Of a stretch of 64,000 nucleotides of DNA, positions 1-9,952 are shown piece by piece. The translations under genes and the position numbers were made by a program. Below the pieces are notes generated by a model. It had not been told where the DNA came from and did not search any database. It saw only the letters and a program-made list of their open reading frames with translations. Location of the stretch: the IMG/VR virus record IMGVR_UViG_3300045988_157791. One strand, written 5' to 3'. Source of the DNA: a virus (lineage: Duplodnaviria > Heunggongvirae > Uroviricota > Caudoviricetes). Every line of letters begins with the position of its first letter. The first letter of the stretch is position 1.

Positions 1-458
1 CGGATTGAGAACGGTAAAGTTTTAATTCGTCTGGTAGCCTCAATGAGACGCTTGCGCATTAAGCCTTCACCATCCGACAGCAAAGTGTCCCCATTCAGCA
101 TATCGATCGCCTGCATTTGAGCATCAGCGACAGTTGCAAACGACTGTTCTGGTATCGACAGTTCAAAACTATTCAGCAGAACATACATTTGCCGCTCTTC
201 ATGCGTCAGACCCGATGCAACAGCCTTCACAATGACGTACCGCAGATCGCGTTCTTTCTCAGAGAGCTGGTTATATTCAGCCGACACGACAACCGGAATC
301 GACATTTGACCGCTGGTAATTTCTAGCGGCTCGCCATCAACGAGAATAGCCCCGGTGCTGTCCTTTACTGTGTAGGTAGCAGATTCGATATCCAGCACGT
401 TGAAGGCAAATGAAAGGGAAACAGCTTCACCGCTACGATACGAGTCGATCTGCGCCAT
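1..458 (-). CDS. hypothetical phage protein, 3' part outside window
   Basis: Minus-strand frame from ATG at 456-458 (MAQIDSYRSGEAV...) open to window edge; start overlaps stop of upstream gene (TAATG); absent from ORF track because truncated. Confidence 0.4.
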   Translation of the reverse strand, partial: MAQIDSYRSGEAVSLSFAFNVLDIESATYTVKDSTGAILVDGEPLEITSGQMSIPVVVSAEYNQLSEKERDLRYVIVKAVASGLTHEERQMYVLLNSFELSIPEQSFATVADAQMQAIDMLNGDTLLSDGEGLMRKRLIEATRRIKTLPFSI

Positions 459-892
459 TACTCACCGCCTTGTGCTTTCAGGATGCCTTCAATCATCTCG
501 ACAATTCCTTTCGCTTTGACACCAACCTGATTACCAATCACACGTAGACCGGCAATGCCTTCATTGTCTGCAATTGACTCCAACTCTTCTCGTGTGAAAG
601 TCTGGATCTGTTTGGCCGGTTCATCTGGTGTCCCACGTTTCATTGGCACAATGTCAGGTGCTGCTGGCTCGGTAATCAGGTCTGCGGTCAACTCGCCACG
701 ATCACTGTATGCGGCAGACGGAGAAACATTTTTGCCCTCGACTGTTGATGCTCGCATTGAGGCACAAATCCTTTGCTGATCGATAAAAGGCAACTCCGCT
801 ACGGACACCCCGTTCTCGAACTGAACGCCGCACAACATTCCCGAATAACCGGAAAATTGCGGTTCTAATAAAACAATTTTTGCTGGTTTCAT
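458..892 (-). CDS. hypothetical phage protein (head module)
   Basis: 144 aa ORF, co-oriented and coupled with flanking structural genes. Confidence 0.4.
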   Translation of the reverse strand: MKPAKIVLLEPQFSGYSGMLCGVQFENGVSVAELPFIDQQRICASMRASTVEGKNVSPSAAYSDRGELTADLITEPAAPDIVPMKRGTPDEPAKQIQTFTREELESIADNEGIAGLRVIGNQVGVKAKGIVEMIEGILKAQGGE

Positions 893-936
893 AACGCATT
901 CTCTCTACATGGGCGGCTTTCGCCGCCCAATATTGA

Positions 937-1857
937 TTATTCCTGTGCAGCAGTGACTTCTACGGTCGCTGTCGCTTTGTGGCTACCATCTTGGGTAGTA
1001 ACCTCGATTGTGGCAGTACCAGCCGCAACGCCAGTTACAACACCGGTTTCGCTATCCACCGTTGCAAACTCGGTATTTTTGGATTCCCAAGTAACGGTTT
1101 TATTTGTTGCTCCTGCCGGCTCGACATTTGCGGTCAGCTGAACAGTTTTGTTTGCCTCAACGGTTGTGCTATTTGGGTCGATTTCGACGCCGGTAACAGC
1201 CACAACAGGCGCAGTTACTTCCACCGTTGCAGTTGCCTTTTTGCTGCCATCTTGGGAAACGATCTCAATCGTCGCAGTGCCAACTTCTACACCAGTAACG
1301 TTCCCGCTCTGGTCTACCGTTGCCTTATCTTCATTTTTGGAAGACCAGGTAACAGCCTTATTCGTCGCATTTGACGGCTGAACATTCGCTTTCAGACTGA
1401 CTGATTTCCCTTTCTCAACAGACGTTGATTCTGGCGTTACCGTTACGGATTGAACGGCTACCGGATTTACGGTGACTTCCACTGAAGCGGAAAGCTGGGT
1501 TTCCTGATCAGTTGCAGTAATTTTTACTTTGCCTGATGCTACGCCAGTTACTAATCCAGTGCCGTTAACGGTTGCAATTTGGTCATTGGCTGACTTCCAG
1601 GTGAATGAACTGGCACTCTTACCCATACTAATACCTGCACTAAGTTGAACAGTTTTCCCAACCAAAACTGACGGTGAAGCCGGGGTTATGTTTACGGATT
1701 GGGAGAGGGGAACCGCCTGCAAACAAGCAGATAGCTGACTTTGTTGCCGCTCGGTTAAAGGTTCATCGGAGATAGAATTGGTAAATCCGGCACGGCACAT
1801 ATGCCCCGTAAAATCCGAAAATGCCTCTTCTGTAATCTTCATCTTTTGTTCTGGCAT
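937..1857 (-). CDS. Ig-like (Big_2-type) tandem-domain protein, probable capsid decoration/accessory protein
   Basis: Three tandem ~70 aa repeats with pattern L.A.V.P..ATNK.VTW.S.N...ATVD..G.VTGV..GTATI; sits directly downstream of capsid gene. Confidence 0.6.
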   Translation of the reverse strand: MPEQKMKITEEAFSDFTGHMCRAGFTNSISDEPLTERQQSQLSACLQAVPLSQSVNITPASPSVLVGKTVQLSAGISMGKSASSFTWKSANDQIATVNGTGLVTGVASGKVKITATDQETQLSASVEVTVNPVAVQSVTVTPESTSVEKGKSVSLKANVQPSNATNKAVTWSSKNEDKATVDQSGNVTGVEVGTATIEIVSQDGSKKATATVEVTAPVVAVTGVEIDPNSTTVEANKTVQLTANVEPAGATNKTVTWESKNTEFATVDSETGVVTGVAAGTATIEVTTQDGSHKATATVEVTAAQE

Positions 1858-1870
1858 TTCTCGCTCCTAC

Positions 1871-1900
1871 AAAAAGGGTGGGCGTATAGCCCACCCTTTA
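1871..1900 (-). terminator. intrinsic terminator-like hairpin between capsid and Ig-like gene
   Basis: GGGTGGGCGTATAGCCCACCC stem-loop flanked by A-run/T-run; on minus strand followed by TTTTTG. Confidence 0.45.
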
Positions 1901-1930
1901 ACATAGATAACTACCTATCTACCACACTGA

Positions 1931-2806
1931 TTAAATTTTTACATTGGTCAGTGCAGCGATAGCCTTATCGTGCTTATTCGCCAGAGAGCAGTACCACTTC
2001 ACACGGGTACGTACTGCGTCTTTGTTCTGTACAGTACCAATGTTTTCAACAACGATACCTGCGTTGTCGCCGCCATACAGACCAGTAACGCCGTTCTCTT
2101 CTGACAGATGCAGGCAGTAGATGCTTGCTTTGCCAGAATCGGTCGGGATGAAGTCGTTGATGATGAACGGAACGCCGTTATGACACAGCATCGGACGACC
2201 GAAGTTCTCCATCATGATTTCAGACGGACCTACGTTTACTGTACGCAGCAGCGCACGGTAAGCACGCAGGTGCTCTGAACGCATCATGATGCAGTCAGCA
2301 CCAAGATCTTTCACCGCATCGACCAGTTCGTCGAACATAGAGAAAGTCATAGATGCACCGGCGATATCGATCTTCTGATCTGCGTGCATCAGGCGTGGAA
2401 TGCCGTCAAACGCCTTGTTGTTGGAGCTGGAGTCACCCAAAATCAGGTTGCGACGGAACGCACGAGCCAGACCTTTAACTTTCTGACGAACCTGAATAGC
2501 CAACTGGTTGTTGGTGTCGGCCATAGTGGTCGCCAGGAATTTATCAACGTCTACGTCACCAGCCAGAATACGCAGTTTCGCAACGCATTCTTCGAAGGTT
2601 GCTGCACCTTCAGGGATGGTGTCGTTAACGTCGATGAAGGTAGCTTCACTCAGCGTTTTTTCACGGTTGTACAGATATGCCTTTGAATTAATTTTCATAA
2701 AAGGCAGGATGGCAAACAGGTCATCGCGATCGATGATAGTTTCGATCACACCCTGTTCAAGTTCGTTGTTAGACAGCTTTTCAGCTTCTTCACGCAGTAA
2801 TGGCAT
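1931..2806 (-). CDS. putative major capsid protein
   Basis: 291 aa; position between scaffold-like and decoration-like genes downstream of portal; identity by gene order and general resemblance only. Confidence 0.5.
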   Translation of the reverse strand: MPLLREEAEKLSNNELEQGVIETIIDRDDLFAILPFMKINSKAYLYNREKTLSEATFIDVNDTIPEGAATFEECVAKLRILAGDVDVDKFLATTMADTNNQLAIQVRQKVKGLARAFRRNLILGDSSSNNKAFDGIPRLMHADQKIDIAGASMTFSMFDELVDAVKDLGADCIMMRSEHLRAYRALLRTVNVGPSEIMMENFGRPMLCHNGVPFIINDFIPTDSGKASIYCLHLSEENGVTGLYGGDNAGIVVENIGTVQNKDAVRTRVKWYCSLANKHDKAIAALTNVKI

Positions 2807-2831
2807 CTATCAATTCCCTTTGATTTAGATG

Positions 2832-3719
2832 TTACTTAAGTCCAATTTTCCCCAGACCGGAGGCCAACTTATCCATAGTCGACTTATTCTTCGGTTGGGA
2901 TATTGTGTAGGTCGATTTGGAATGTGAGCCTACACCCTGCTTGGCTTCGCTACGCATCAATGCGTCAGCTTCCGGATCTGCCCGCACAATGCGTTCAATC
3001 GCGGATTCAAACGGCAACGGCTTACCTTCACCGTCAACCAGAACAGCTCGTTCTTTGTGACCTGCCGGTTTGTCATAACCCACTACGCTACCGTCTTCAC
3101 CCACTTCAAAATGAGAACCGTAGATCACGCGGGCTTTTGCCGGGGTCATCAGAACTTTGTCACGTAGGAAGAGAGAGTTACTGAAGGAAGCGCCCACGGT
3201 CATCTCGACTAATTGAGATTTCAGTGATGCGTTTTCACTTTCCAGTGCTGCATAACGTTCGTCACGCTGTGCCAGCTCTGCCTGGTGTGCTTCGATCATC
3301 TGTTTTTTAACAGCATCGAACTCACCACGACGCTCCAGTTCAGCTTGCTCCGCCTCACGACGTGCGTTTTCTGCGGCCTGTTCAGCTTCTAAAAGCTGGC
3401 GAGCACGAGCCGGATCGATATCACCGTACTGAGCAAGCTGATCGGCCAATGTGCGCTCTTTCTCTTTGCGCTTCATGTTCTCCTTCAGCAGTTCAGCACC
3501 AGCTTTCTTGGTTTTACGAAGTTCGGCCAGTAACTCTTCCTGAGTCATGCCAGCGTATTCGTCATCGCCCTTCGGCTGCTCTTTTTGTTCACCCTGTTTG
3601 TCAGGATCTTGTGTACTCTGCTCATTATCAGCAGCTACACCGCCAGCGCCTCCACGCTCATGCGCTTCAGCGACATCCATCAGACCACGACGGGCCAAAA
3701 GCATTTGCCACAGATTCAT
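2832..3719 (-). CDS. putative scaffolding protein
   Basis: 295 aa, highly charged, long predicted coiled-coil (EAEQAAENARREAEQAELERR...), between portal and capsid. Confidence 0.5.
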   Translation of the reverse strand: MNLWQMLLARRGLMDVAEAHERGGAGGVAADNEQSTQDPDKQGEQKEQPKGDDEYAGMTQEELLAELRKTKKAGAELLKENMKRKEKERTLADQLAQYGDIDPARARQLLEAEQAAENARREAEQAELERRGEFDAVKKQMIEAHQAELAQRDERYAALESENASLKSQLVEMTVGASFSNSLFLRDKVLMTPAKARVIYGSHFEVGEDGSVVGYDKPAGHKERAVLVDGEGKPLPFESAIERIVRADPEADALMRSEAKQGVGSHSKSTYTISQPKNKSTMDKLASGLGKIGLK

Positions 3720-3740
3720 AAAAATTCCTTTTGTTACTTA

Positions 3741-5315
3741 TCACTCGTTCTCTTGAGTAGATGAGTCCCCATTCCCTCGGGGTTGATCTTGCCCGCTTTC
3801 TTGGGCTGCACCACGATCATAAGTAAGTACTGACTTATTTTCAAGGGTATTTAGATCATTTTTTGGAGGAAAATTCAAGAGATCTTTATCAAATTCCTTT
3901 TTCATCGCCTCAGTAATGTTCGGGAAAATCTTCTCAATAAGCATTTCCATCTGGTGACGACGTACAGAGTCCGGTGCCTGAAGTAATGACAGTTTCTCGG
4001 CAACAGAAAATTCATCAGTAAGGCCACGAATATCGAAACTTTCTGGATATGCAATTAAAGAGTGGTCTTCGTCCAGATCTACCCCCATCCATTTCGCAAC
4101 CAGTAGCATGATTTGGCGTTCAGCCCTTTCCAGACGCTCTGCTTTTGTGACAAGCAAGCTATTTACACGCTGGAAGTCATACATTTTTGCGGCACCAGAT
4201 GAATTATCGATTCCCTGTGCGTTGTCCTGCTTCGTTCGCTCACCAGCTACACCAACTGAATGGTAGATTTCGTTAATCACCGTCTTAATCGTAGTGATGA
4301 TCATCTGAGCTTGTTTCGGGTCTGGTGACAGATAAAACGGCTGGTTTCCACCTTCAGAATCGTAGGTGAAGACTCGCTTTGTGCCCATTTCAAGCACTTT
4401 AGTGTGGTTTTCATCACCAGGTAAAAGCGACTGTACCGGTATAGCCAACTGGCTAAATGTCTGATCCTGAATAATGGCATCAAGGTTTGACAGATAGTTT
4501 GCAACCGCACGATCAAGATAAGCGATATCATCGATCAACGATGGGCTGAAATACGGTGATTCACTTTCTCCAATACAATCAACAGGAAACACAGGAACTA
4601 CGCCGAGATTATGCTCACCGCTATCCTCTAAAATAACTTTTGCCTGACGGCGACCTGCTCCACCAGCGCCCTTCTTCACTTCCTCACGGAACAGATACCA
4701 CTCGTTTTGTGTCCACAGACGATAACGTTGGTATTCCTGACCTGTAGAAGTAAAAGGATCTGCGTCATCACGAGCGACTTCCACAATTAACGCCCACAAC
4801 ATATTCCCGTCGTCGTCCCATGCCACATCCAGCATTTGCTGAGGTGAAATCCAGTAGGCGTAGGCGCGAGCATCTTTCTTTTTCTCGTCAGCTACTGACT
4901 CAACATCACCACTCATCGTGCTATCGACAACAACCCATATGCGACCGTAAATAGACGACTGCAAATCAATAGCGGCCATAAATGAGTCAATAGAGGCATT
5001 CTGGCGAGTCGCACGTTTCCAGAAATTGCGGATCTGCTCTGGTGCCTCTTCGATATTTCTATGAATGTCTTCTTTAAAGAGATATTTGTTGATGAGGTTT
5101 ACCACCTCACGAGTGTGGTTGAAGCGATAAGCACGTTCAACTCGCTCCTTAAACTCCTGATCTCCCTCTTTAAAGTAACGAAAGATATTGTCTGTAAACC
5201 AACCACGCCCGCCAGCGTAAGTGCTGGCGAGGAAGTCCCAATGTTCTTTTTTCTTTTCGTATTCCGGGTGGCGTCGCGCCACCAGATCCTTAATTTGTTT
5301 GTCGTTCAATTCCAT
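3741..5315 (-). CDS. putative portal protein
   Basis: 524 aa ORF immediately downstream of large terminase; size and position typical of portal. Confidence 0.5.
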   Translation of the reverse strand: MELNDKQIKDLVARRHPEYEKKKEHWDFLASTYAGGRGWFTDNIFRYFKEGDQEFKERVERAYRFNHTREVVNLINKYLFKEDIHRNIEEAPEQIRNFWKRATRQNASIDSFMAAIDLQSSIYGRIWVVVDSTMSGDVESVADEKKKDARAYAYWISPQQMLDVAWDDDGNMLWALIVEVARDDADPFTSTGQEYQRYRLWTQNEWYLFREEVKKGAGGAGRRQAKVILEDSGEHNLGVVPVFPVDCIGESESPYFSPSLIDDIAYLDRAVANYLSNLDAIIQDQTFSQLAIPVQSLLPGDENHTKVLEMGTKRVFTYDSEGGNQPFYLSPDPKQAQMIITTIKTVINEIYHSVGVAGERTKQDNAQGIDNSSGAAKMYDFQRVNSLLVTKAERLERAERQIMLLVAKWMGVDLDEDHSLIAYPESFDIRGLTDEFSVAEKLSLLQAPDSVRRHQMEMLIEKIFPNITEAMKKEFDKDLLNFPPKNDLNTLENKSVLTYDRGAAQESGQDQPRGNGDSSTQENE

Positions 5316-5341
5316 TTGAATAACCTTAGATAATTACTTAC

Positions 5342-6598
5342 CTATCGAGAACCACCAAGAATAACACGGTTTTTGACTGGATACCTACGATGTACTGGAT
5401 AGCCCAATGCGTCTGCACTATGCTCAATGCCACCTGTCTTATCCATATCTCGTGTTCCAGGCTTGTAGATGACTTTTTCCAGTGAATCAATCAAATGCTT
5501 GCACTTCGGATCGATATACAGCCGGATATCTCCAGATGCGGACATCAGCATTCGGTTAACAGCATTAACACGATCCGCAATTGGCGGGTGCTTTTTCGAA
5601 TAATCGACACGTAAGAATCCCTTCTCTTTGAATATGTCTACGTCAGACTCCCCACGAGCATGTTGGCGATAAGCACCTGCCGGATCTGGAAATACCGTTA
5701 CCTGTGATTTCCAGCGCCAGAAGCGTCTCTCAAGCTCATCACAAACTTCTGCCGTGTTAGAGGAAAAGAGCACCAATTCATCAATTGCCCATAGCTCACC
5801 ATTTGGCTGAGGTTGCAAAATTACTGAAGACATCGGGTCAATGTTGAAGTCCTGCCCTACCCATATAGGCAACCGAGGGTTGAACTGAAGCGGTTTTACA
5901 TGCACGTTACGATCGAACGGGTAGTAAACGCGCCCGGACATGTTCTCAAAGCTGGCCAGGTACTCCTGAGCGAACGATTTGGGGTCCATATCGTTCTTAG
6001 CAGCTTCAATTTCCGCCGTAGGTACAAACGGAGAATCGGCAGTTACAAACTGCCAGCTCTTCCACTGTCCCTTTCTTTGCAGCTCTACGTTCTGGCCTAT
6101 AGTCCACAGTTTGTGAAATTCCGAGAAGCCTTTTGGCGTACCAATGATCAGTGCACCGCCGCGTGTCGATGAAAGAGTAGGTCGTAACACCTTGTACCAG
6201 GTGTCAGCCTTCATATCCTGAAATTCATCAAGCACTACAAAATGCAACGCTACGCCGCGCAGAGTGTCAGGCTTATCAGCACCTTTGAGGGCGATCTCCG
6301 AACCGTTCTTCAACACGATTGTCATCGTGGTGTCGTTCTTTTTCCTAACCCACTTACGAGGCAGAACTTCCTGTAGATCGTCCCACAAAATCTGGCGAGC
6401 CATCTGGTAAGTAGGAGCGACATACCAGACCCTTTGCTTTTTTTCCTTTGCCGCCGCACGAATAATAGTGGAGATCGACAACCGGGATTTTCCCCAGCGT
6501 CGACCAGCACAAACAACTTTAAATCGATGCGGAGACTGGAAGACTTTCATCTGTCCAGAATGCAGTTGCACAAGACTGAGCGAGGACGGGATTGCCAT
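5342..6598 (-). CDS. terminase large subunit
   Basis: Walker A-like VVCAGRRWGKSRLS near N-terminus, followed by nuclease-like C-terminal half; stop/start coupled with small subunit. Confidence 0.7.
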   Translation of the reverse strand: MAIPSSLSLVQLHSGQMKVFQSPHRFKVVCAGRRWGKSRLSISTIIRAAAKEKKQRVWYVAPTYQMARQILWDDLQEVLPRKWVRKKNDTTMTIVLKNGSEIALKGADKPDTLRGVALHFVVLDEFQDMKADTWYKVLRPTLSSTRGGALIIGTPKGFSEFHKLWTIGQNVELQRKGQWKSWQFVTADSPFVPTAEIEAAKNDMDPKSFAQEYLASFENMSGRVYYPFDRNVHVKPLQFNPRLPIWVGQDFNIDPMSSVILQPQPNGELWAIDELVLFSSNTAEVCDELERRFWRWKSQVTVFPDPAGAYRQHARGESDVDIFKEKGFLRVDYSKKHPPIADRVNAVNRMLMSASGDIRLYIDPKCKHLIDSLEKVIYKPGTRDMDKTGGIEHSADALGYPVHRRYPVKNRVILGGSR

Positions 6599-7230
6599 TA
6601 TTCGTCCTCCCCTTCACTTCCAACATCTGTCGCATCAAATTCGCTTAGAGCTTCTTCTTCCAACGTCTCAAGCAATTCGTCATCGATGATTTCAGGCTCG
6701 TCGTCTTCCTGACGTAATTTCGCCACCTGGGAAGGCGTAAGCTCACCAAATACCAGGTTCGGAATTTCTTCCTCGTCATTTTCCGCATGATCCATGCCCA
6801 ATGCTTTGGACGAAACTTCAAAGCATTTTGCAAGGGTATTACTGGCTCTCTGTAAGCTCTTGAGAGAATCCTCAATCGCCCCTAAAGGCTTACCCTCACG
6901 TTTGGCCGTAGTGACTTCGACCATCACCATCTGCCCCAACGCATACGCCCAGCCGTCATAACGTGTACGACGTTCTTCTATCTTTTCCGCACGGGCTTTA
7001 GCGCGAAGCTCTGCGTCAGATTTAAGAGACTCACGAACCATCTTCCCAACAGAGTCCGCGCCTTTCTCTAATCCTCGCTTTTTGAAATGTCTGGAGAGTG
7101 TTTCACGACGAATGCCGTACTCTTCCTCCAGCTTTGAGAGTGTATATTCGCCTGACGTCCATTTGGCTTCAGCTTCGGCCCACTCCGCTGGTGTCAGGCG
7201 AGTTTTTACCTCGTCTTTTTCGACCGTCAT
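6598..7230 (-). CDS. putative terminase small subunit
   Basis: 210 aa, N-terminal HTH-like segment, acidic C-terminus, directly upstream of and overlapping large terminase. Confidence 0.45.
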   Translation of the reverse strand: MTVEKDEVKTRLTPAEWAEAEAKWTSGEYTLSKLEEEYGIRRETLSRHFKKRGLEKGADSVGKMVRESLKSDAELRAKARAEKIEERRTRYDGWAYALGQMVMVEVTTAKREGKPLGAIEDSLKSLQRASNTLAKCFEVSSKALGMDHAENDEEEIPNLVFGELTPSQVAKLRQEDDEPEIIDDELLETLEEEALSEFDATDVGSEGEDE

Positions 7231-7344
7231 AGATCCCTCTAAAACACACAGAGCGCGTCCATGCGCTCTAAAACAACTTGTTTACTGCATCTGCTAACCA
7301 ACTTGTTTTCTGGGGTGTTTAATTAGGTCTGGCATGTCTTACGA

Positions 7345-7405
7345 AGCCTGCTTCCGTATATATTTAATAAGTTACTTATTATTTATATATACAGATGCAG
7401 GTCTT
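7345..7405. repeat. long hairpin with AT-rich loop (copy 1 of 2)
   Basis: GCCTGCTTCCGTATAT...ATATATACAGATGCAGG inverted repeat; near-identical element at 37366-37425. Confidence 0.5.
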
Positions 7406-7425
7406 TAAATAAGCTCCCAGACCGA

Positions 7426-7692
7426 TTACATCACCAGTAACTTCGCTTTGGCTCGACCTAAAGTGGTTAACCCAAGAGTCCGGCGGTGATAGCGATTGTC
7501 ACTGCGTTGGCGCGTATGCCCTTTCTCCACCAGCCCCTTTTTTATCAGAGCGCGAATTGAGAACTGGATACTTTGCTTGGTTGTCTTGTACGGCAAAACT
7601 TCAAGCAATTCGTCCAGGTCAAGTAGATGACCTCGCTCATAACCGAGATTGAGCGTTTTGATGATGTCCTTTTGTTTATCGGTTAACGTCAT
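7426..7692 (-). CDS. small putative DNA-binding protein (winged-helix-like)
   Basis: 88 aa, basic; first gene of tightly coupled operon 7426-10617. Confidence 0.3.
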   Translation of the reverse strand: MTLTDKQKDIIKTLNLGYERGHLLDLDELLEVLPYKTTKQSIQFSIRALIKKGLVEKGHTRQRSDNRYHRRTLGLTTLGRAKAKLLVM

Positions 7693-7701
7693 GGCAAATC
7701 C

Positions 7702-8592
7702 TTATGCCGGTAAAGCAATTTCTAACGGTTTATCCAAAGGTTGTTTGTCGAATGCCAGCAGTGGCAGCGTGTCAGGCAGTCGACGGCCAAAGTCAGGGTT
7801 TCGGTACACACCATACAACGGAGACGTAAAGCTCAGGTTGTGAATGTCCTTGAGCAGCTTCACAATGCTGGCCTCGTCCACCAGACTGTCGGCAATGTCC
7901 TGAATCGTCGTGCCACGATTCCGCCCAGCTTTTGCCAGGGAACTGTTCTTGTGGTAGTCCGCCACCAGATCACGCAGTGCACGGCGACGACGAGACTCGC
8001 TCATAGCGAACAACTCTTTGACGATCGCCTCGTTATCACCCGGGTCGGAGCGGAAATGGCGCTGGAACACACGCAGTGCACTTTCATAGCTCTTCGGTCG
8101 CTCAGGGCGGATGAACTTAAACCCTGCTTTCATGGCGAAGGGATTGTATTTGCTCATCGATGACTGGATCTCAATGATTGGCCGGTCATGCATCCTGCTA
8201 ACCAGGTTAATCATTCGATAAGAGACGCCTACGCCACGATACTGAGTATCCACAACTGAGCGACTGATCACCGCAAAGTTGTTATTCACGTACCGACCCC
8301 AGTACTGGTTAGCCACGGTGGTATTAGTGGTTGGTTTCAACTTAGGAAACATGCGGTGGCGAGGTGCCAGCAGTAGTTTCGGATAAGCCATAACCACGAC
8401 GCCCACCAGACGGTCATCAAGTTCGCAGCGATAGTAAGTTGGCGCGAAAGGTTTGCCGTCTGTTTTGTAGTGAAGCGACTTAAGAGCGTGCCAGTCCTCT
8501 ACAGTTCCCTTTGTGACTGTCATTCGTTCCAGAAAGTCCAGATGACGCGGAAACTCTTCAGGGCGGTAGCGTTTAATGATGATGTCCGTCAT
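7702..8592 (-). CDS. hypothetical protein with GNAT-like motif
   Basis: 296 aa; AVISRSVVDTQYRGVGVSYRMINLV resembles GNAT motif A (R-x-x-G-x-G); weak. Confidence 0.3.
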   Translation of the reverse strand: MTDIIIKRYRPEEFPRHLDFLERMTVTKGTVEDWHALKSLHYKTDGKPFAPTYYRCELDDRLVGVVVMAYPKLLLAPRHRMFPKLKPTTNTTVANQYWGRYVNNNFAVISRSVVDTQYRGVGVSYRMINLVSRMHDRPIIEIQSSMSKYNPFAMKAGFKFIRPERPKSYESALRVFQRHFRSDPGDNEAIVKELFAMSESRRRRALRDLVADYHKNSSLAKAGRNRGTTIQDIADSLVDEASIVKLLKDIHNLSFTSPLYGVYRNPDFGRRLPDTLPLLAFDKQPLDKPLEIALPA

Positions 8593-9254
8593 GAATGGAC
8601 CTCATCATGACTACCATTGTGATATTCCACCTTCACGCGTTCTTTGTAGTGCTTGGTGATCTGCATATCCGGGCGCAGCGCGTTCTTCAGGTCTTCGTGA
8701 GTCGTCGCCACCATTACCGTCGCACCAACCTTTCGAGCGGCACGCTGGAGGTTAGATGCCACAACCTGAGCGGTTACACGGTCTAAAACAGCACCGAACT
8801 CGTCAGCAGCCCACACTTTAGCGCCTGACTCAATCAGTTTGGCAATCTTGAGACGATATTTCTGACCGTCTGACATTTCAGAAGGCTTGCGAACAAACAG
8901 ATATGCATCGTTCAGACCAGCCATAGATAACAATCCAAGCGCATCACTGGTCGTTTTGCCCAACTGATCGATGACGTTAACCTCATTATCGAAGGTAAAA
9001 TCATCGATGGAGGCTACAGACAGCCCTTCATCCTTCATCTGTCGTTGCAACTCGCGCAGCACAACGGATTTGCCGGAACCGGATTGGCCGGTGATGTACA
9101 CCACATCGCCCTGCTTCACTTCCAGCTCCAGATTGTCGTAAAGCGTCCACTCTTTTTCGTCCAGACCAAGCCCGAACGACTCAGCGATTTCCAACGTGCG
9201 CGTGGTTTTATTTACGCGTGTCTGAAACGATACGTTGATGATGTATTTGCTCAT
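8589..9254 (-). CDS. ABC-type ATPase
   Basis: Walker A GQSGSGKS, signature-like MSDGQKYRL, Walker B VWAADEF, H-loop ATTHED; 4-nt overlaps with neighbours. Confidence 0.65.
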   Translation of the reverse strand: MSKYIINVSFQTRVNKTTRTLEIAESFGLGLDEKEWTLYDNLELEVKQGDVVYITGQSGSGKSVVLRELQRQMKDEGLSVASIDDFTFDNEVNVIDQLGKTTSDALGLLSMAGLNDAYLFVRKPSEMSDGQKYRLKIAKLIESGAKVWAADEFGAVLDRVTAQVVASNLQRAARKVGATVMVATTHEDLKNALRPDMQITKHYKERVKVEYHNGSHDEVHS

Positions 9255-9952
9255 GCAGCCATCTCCCCGGAAGAGATCTTCTCCGCATATGCCACAAATG
9301 CGTCTACCCCGCTTTCTCCCGTCATTTCTTCCATGTGGGCAAGCAAATCACCAACAACAATGGCAGAGCCAGCAGGAAGCGTTTTAAAGCCCAATACGTC
9401 GACAACACGTACTTCTTCCGCTGCAACTTCACGACTGATCTCGGTGTGTTCATCCTTCTGTCGTTTAGTTTCTTCGCCAAGATCGATAACTAGCGAGTCG
9501 GTGTCCATTTCTTCTGTCATACTGCCAACGAGAACATTCAACTCACGCTCTTCAAAGCCGAAAACCTCGATATCGTCCAGAACAAGCGACTCAAGCTCTT
9601 TCTGTAGCTTAATTGCATCGTAATCAATGCTGGCAAGTCGGTTATCTTCAAGGCGCTTCGCACGAACCTCGTCATCACTGAGATCATCGCGAACAATAAC
9701 CGGTACGCGCTCAAGTCCAGCAAAAATTGCAGCCTCACGGCGGCCATGACCAGTAATAATTACGTCGTTCTTATCGACCGTAATTGGCTGGTCAAATCCG
9801 CGCTTTTTAATGGCTGCGGCCAGATCTCTGATCTGCTGTTCATCATGCTTTTTGGCATTCATCTCATAGGGAATAAGATCTGCCGGGTCGCGATATACGA
9901 TTTCAAACTTTTTGGTCATTACATACGCTCCTTGTAGTAGTCGACCAGCCAC
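9251..9952 (-). CDS. ParB N-terminal (ParB/Srx) domain protein
   Basis: ITGHGRREAA motif characteristic of ParB-N nuclease/NTPase-like domain. Confidence 0.55.
   Translation of the reverse strand: MAGRLLQGAYVMTKKFEIVYRDPADLIPYEMNAKKHDEQQIRDLAAAIKKRGFDQPITVDKNDVIITGHGRREAAIFAGLERVPVIVRDDLSDDEVRAKRLEDNRLASIDYDAIKLQKELESLVLDDIEVFGFEERELNVLVGSMTEEMDTDSLVIDLGEETKRQKDEHTEISREVAAEEVRVVDVLGFKTLPAGSAIVVGDLLAHMEEMTGESGVDAFVAYAEKISSGEMAA

Noticed and set aside
979-1381. Plus-strand ORFs inside the Ig-like domain gene
   Set aside because: Antisense to tandem Big_2 repeats; repeat DNA produces open frames on both strands
7345-7405. Possible LexA (SOS) box in the long hairpin arms (CCGTATATAT ... ATATATACAG)
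   Set aside because: Half-sites are ~40 bp apart rather than forming a 16-bp CTGT-N8-ACAG box, and the left arm reads CCGT not CTGT
9045-9623. 192 aa Ser-rich plus-strand ORF
   Set aside because: Antisense to the ABC ATPase/ParB-domain operon; low complexity
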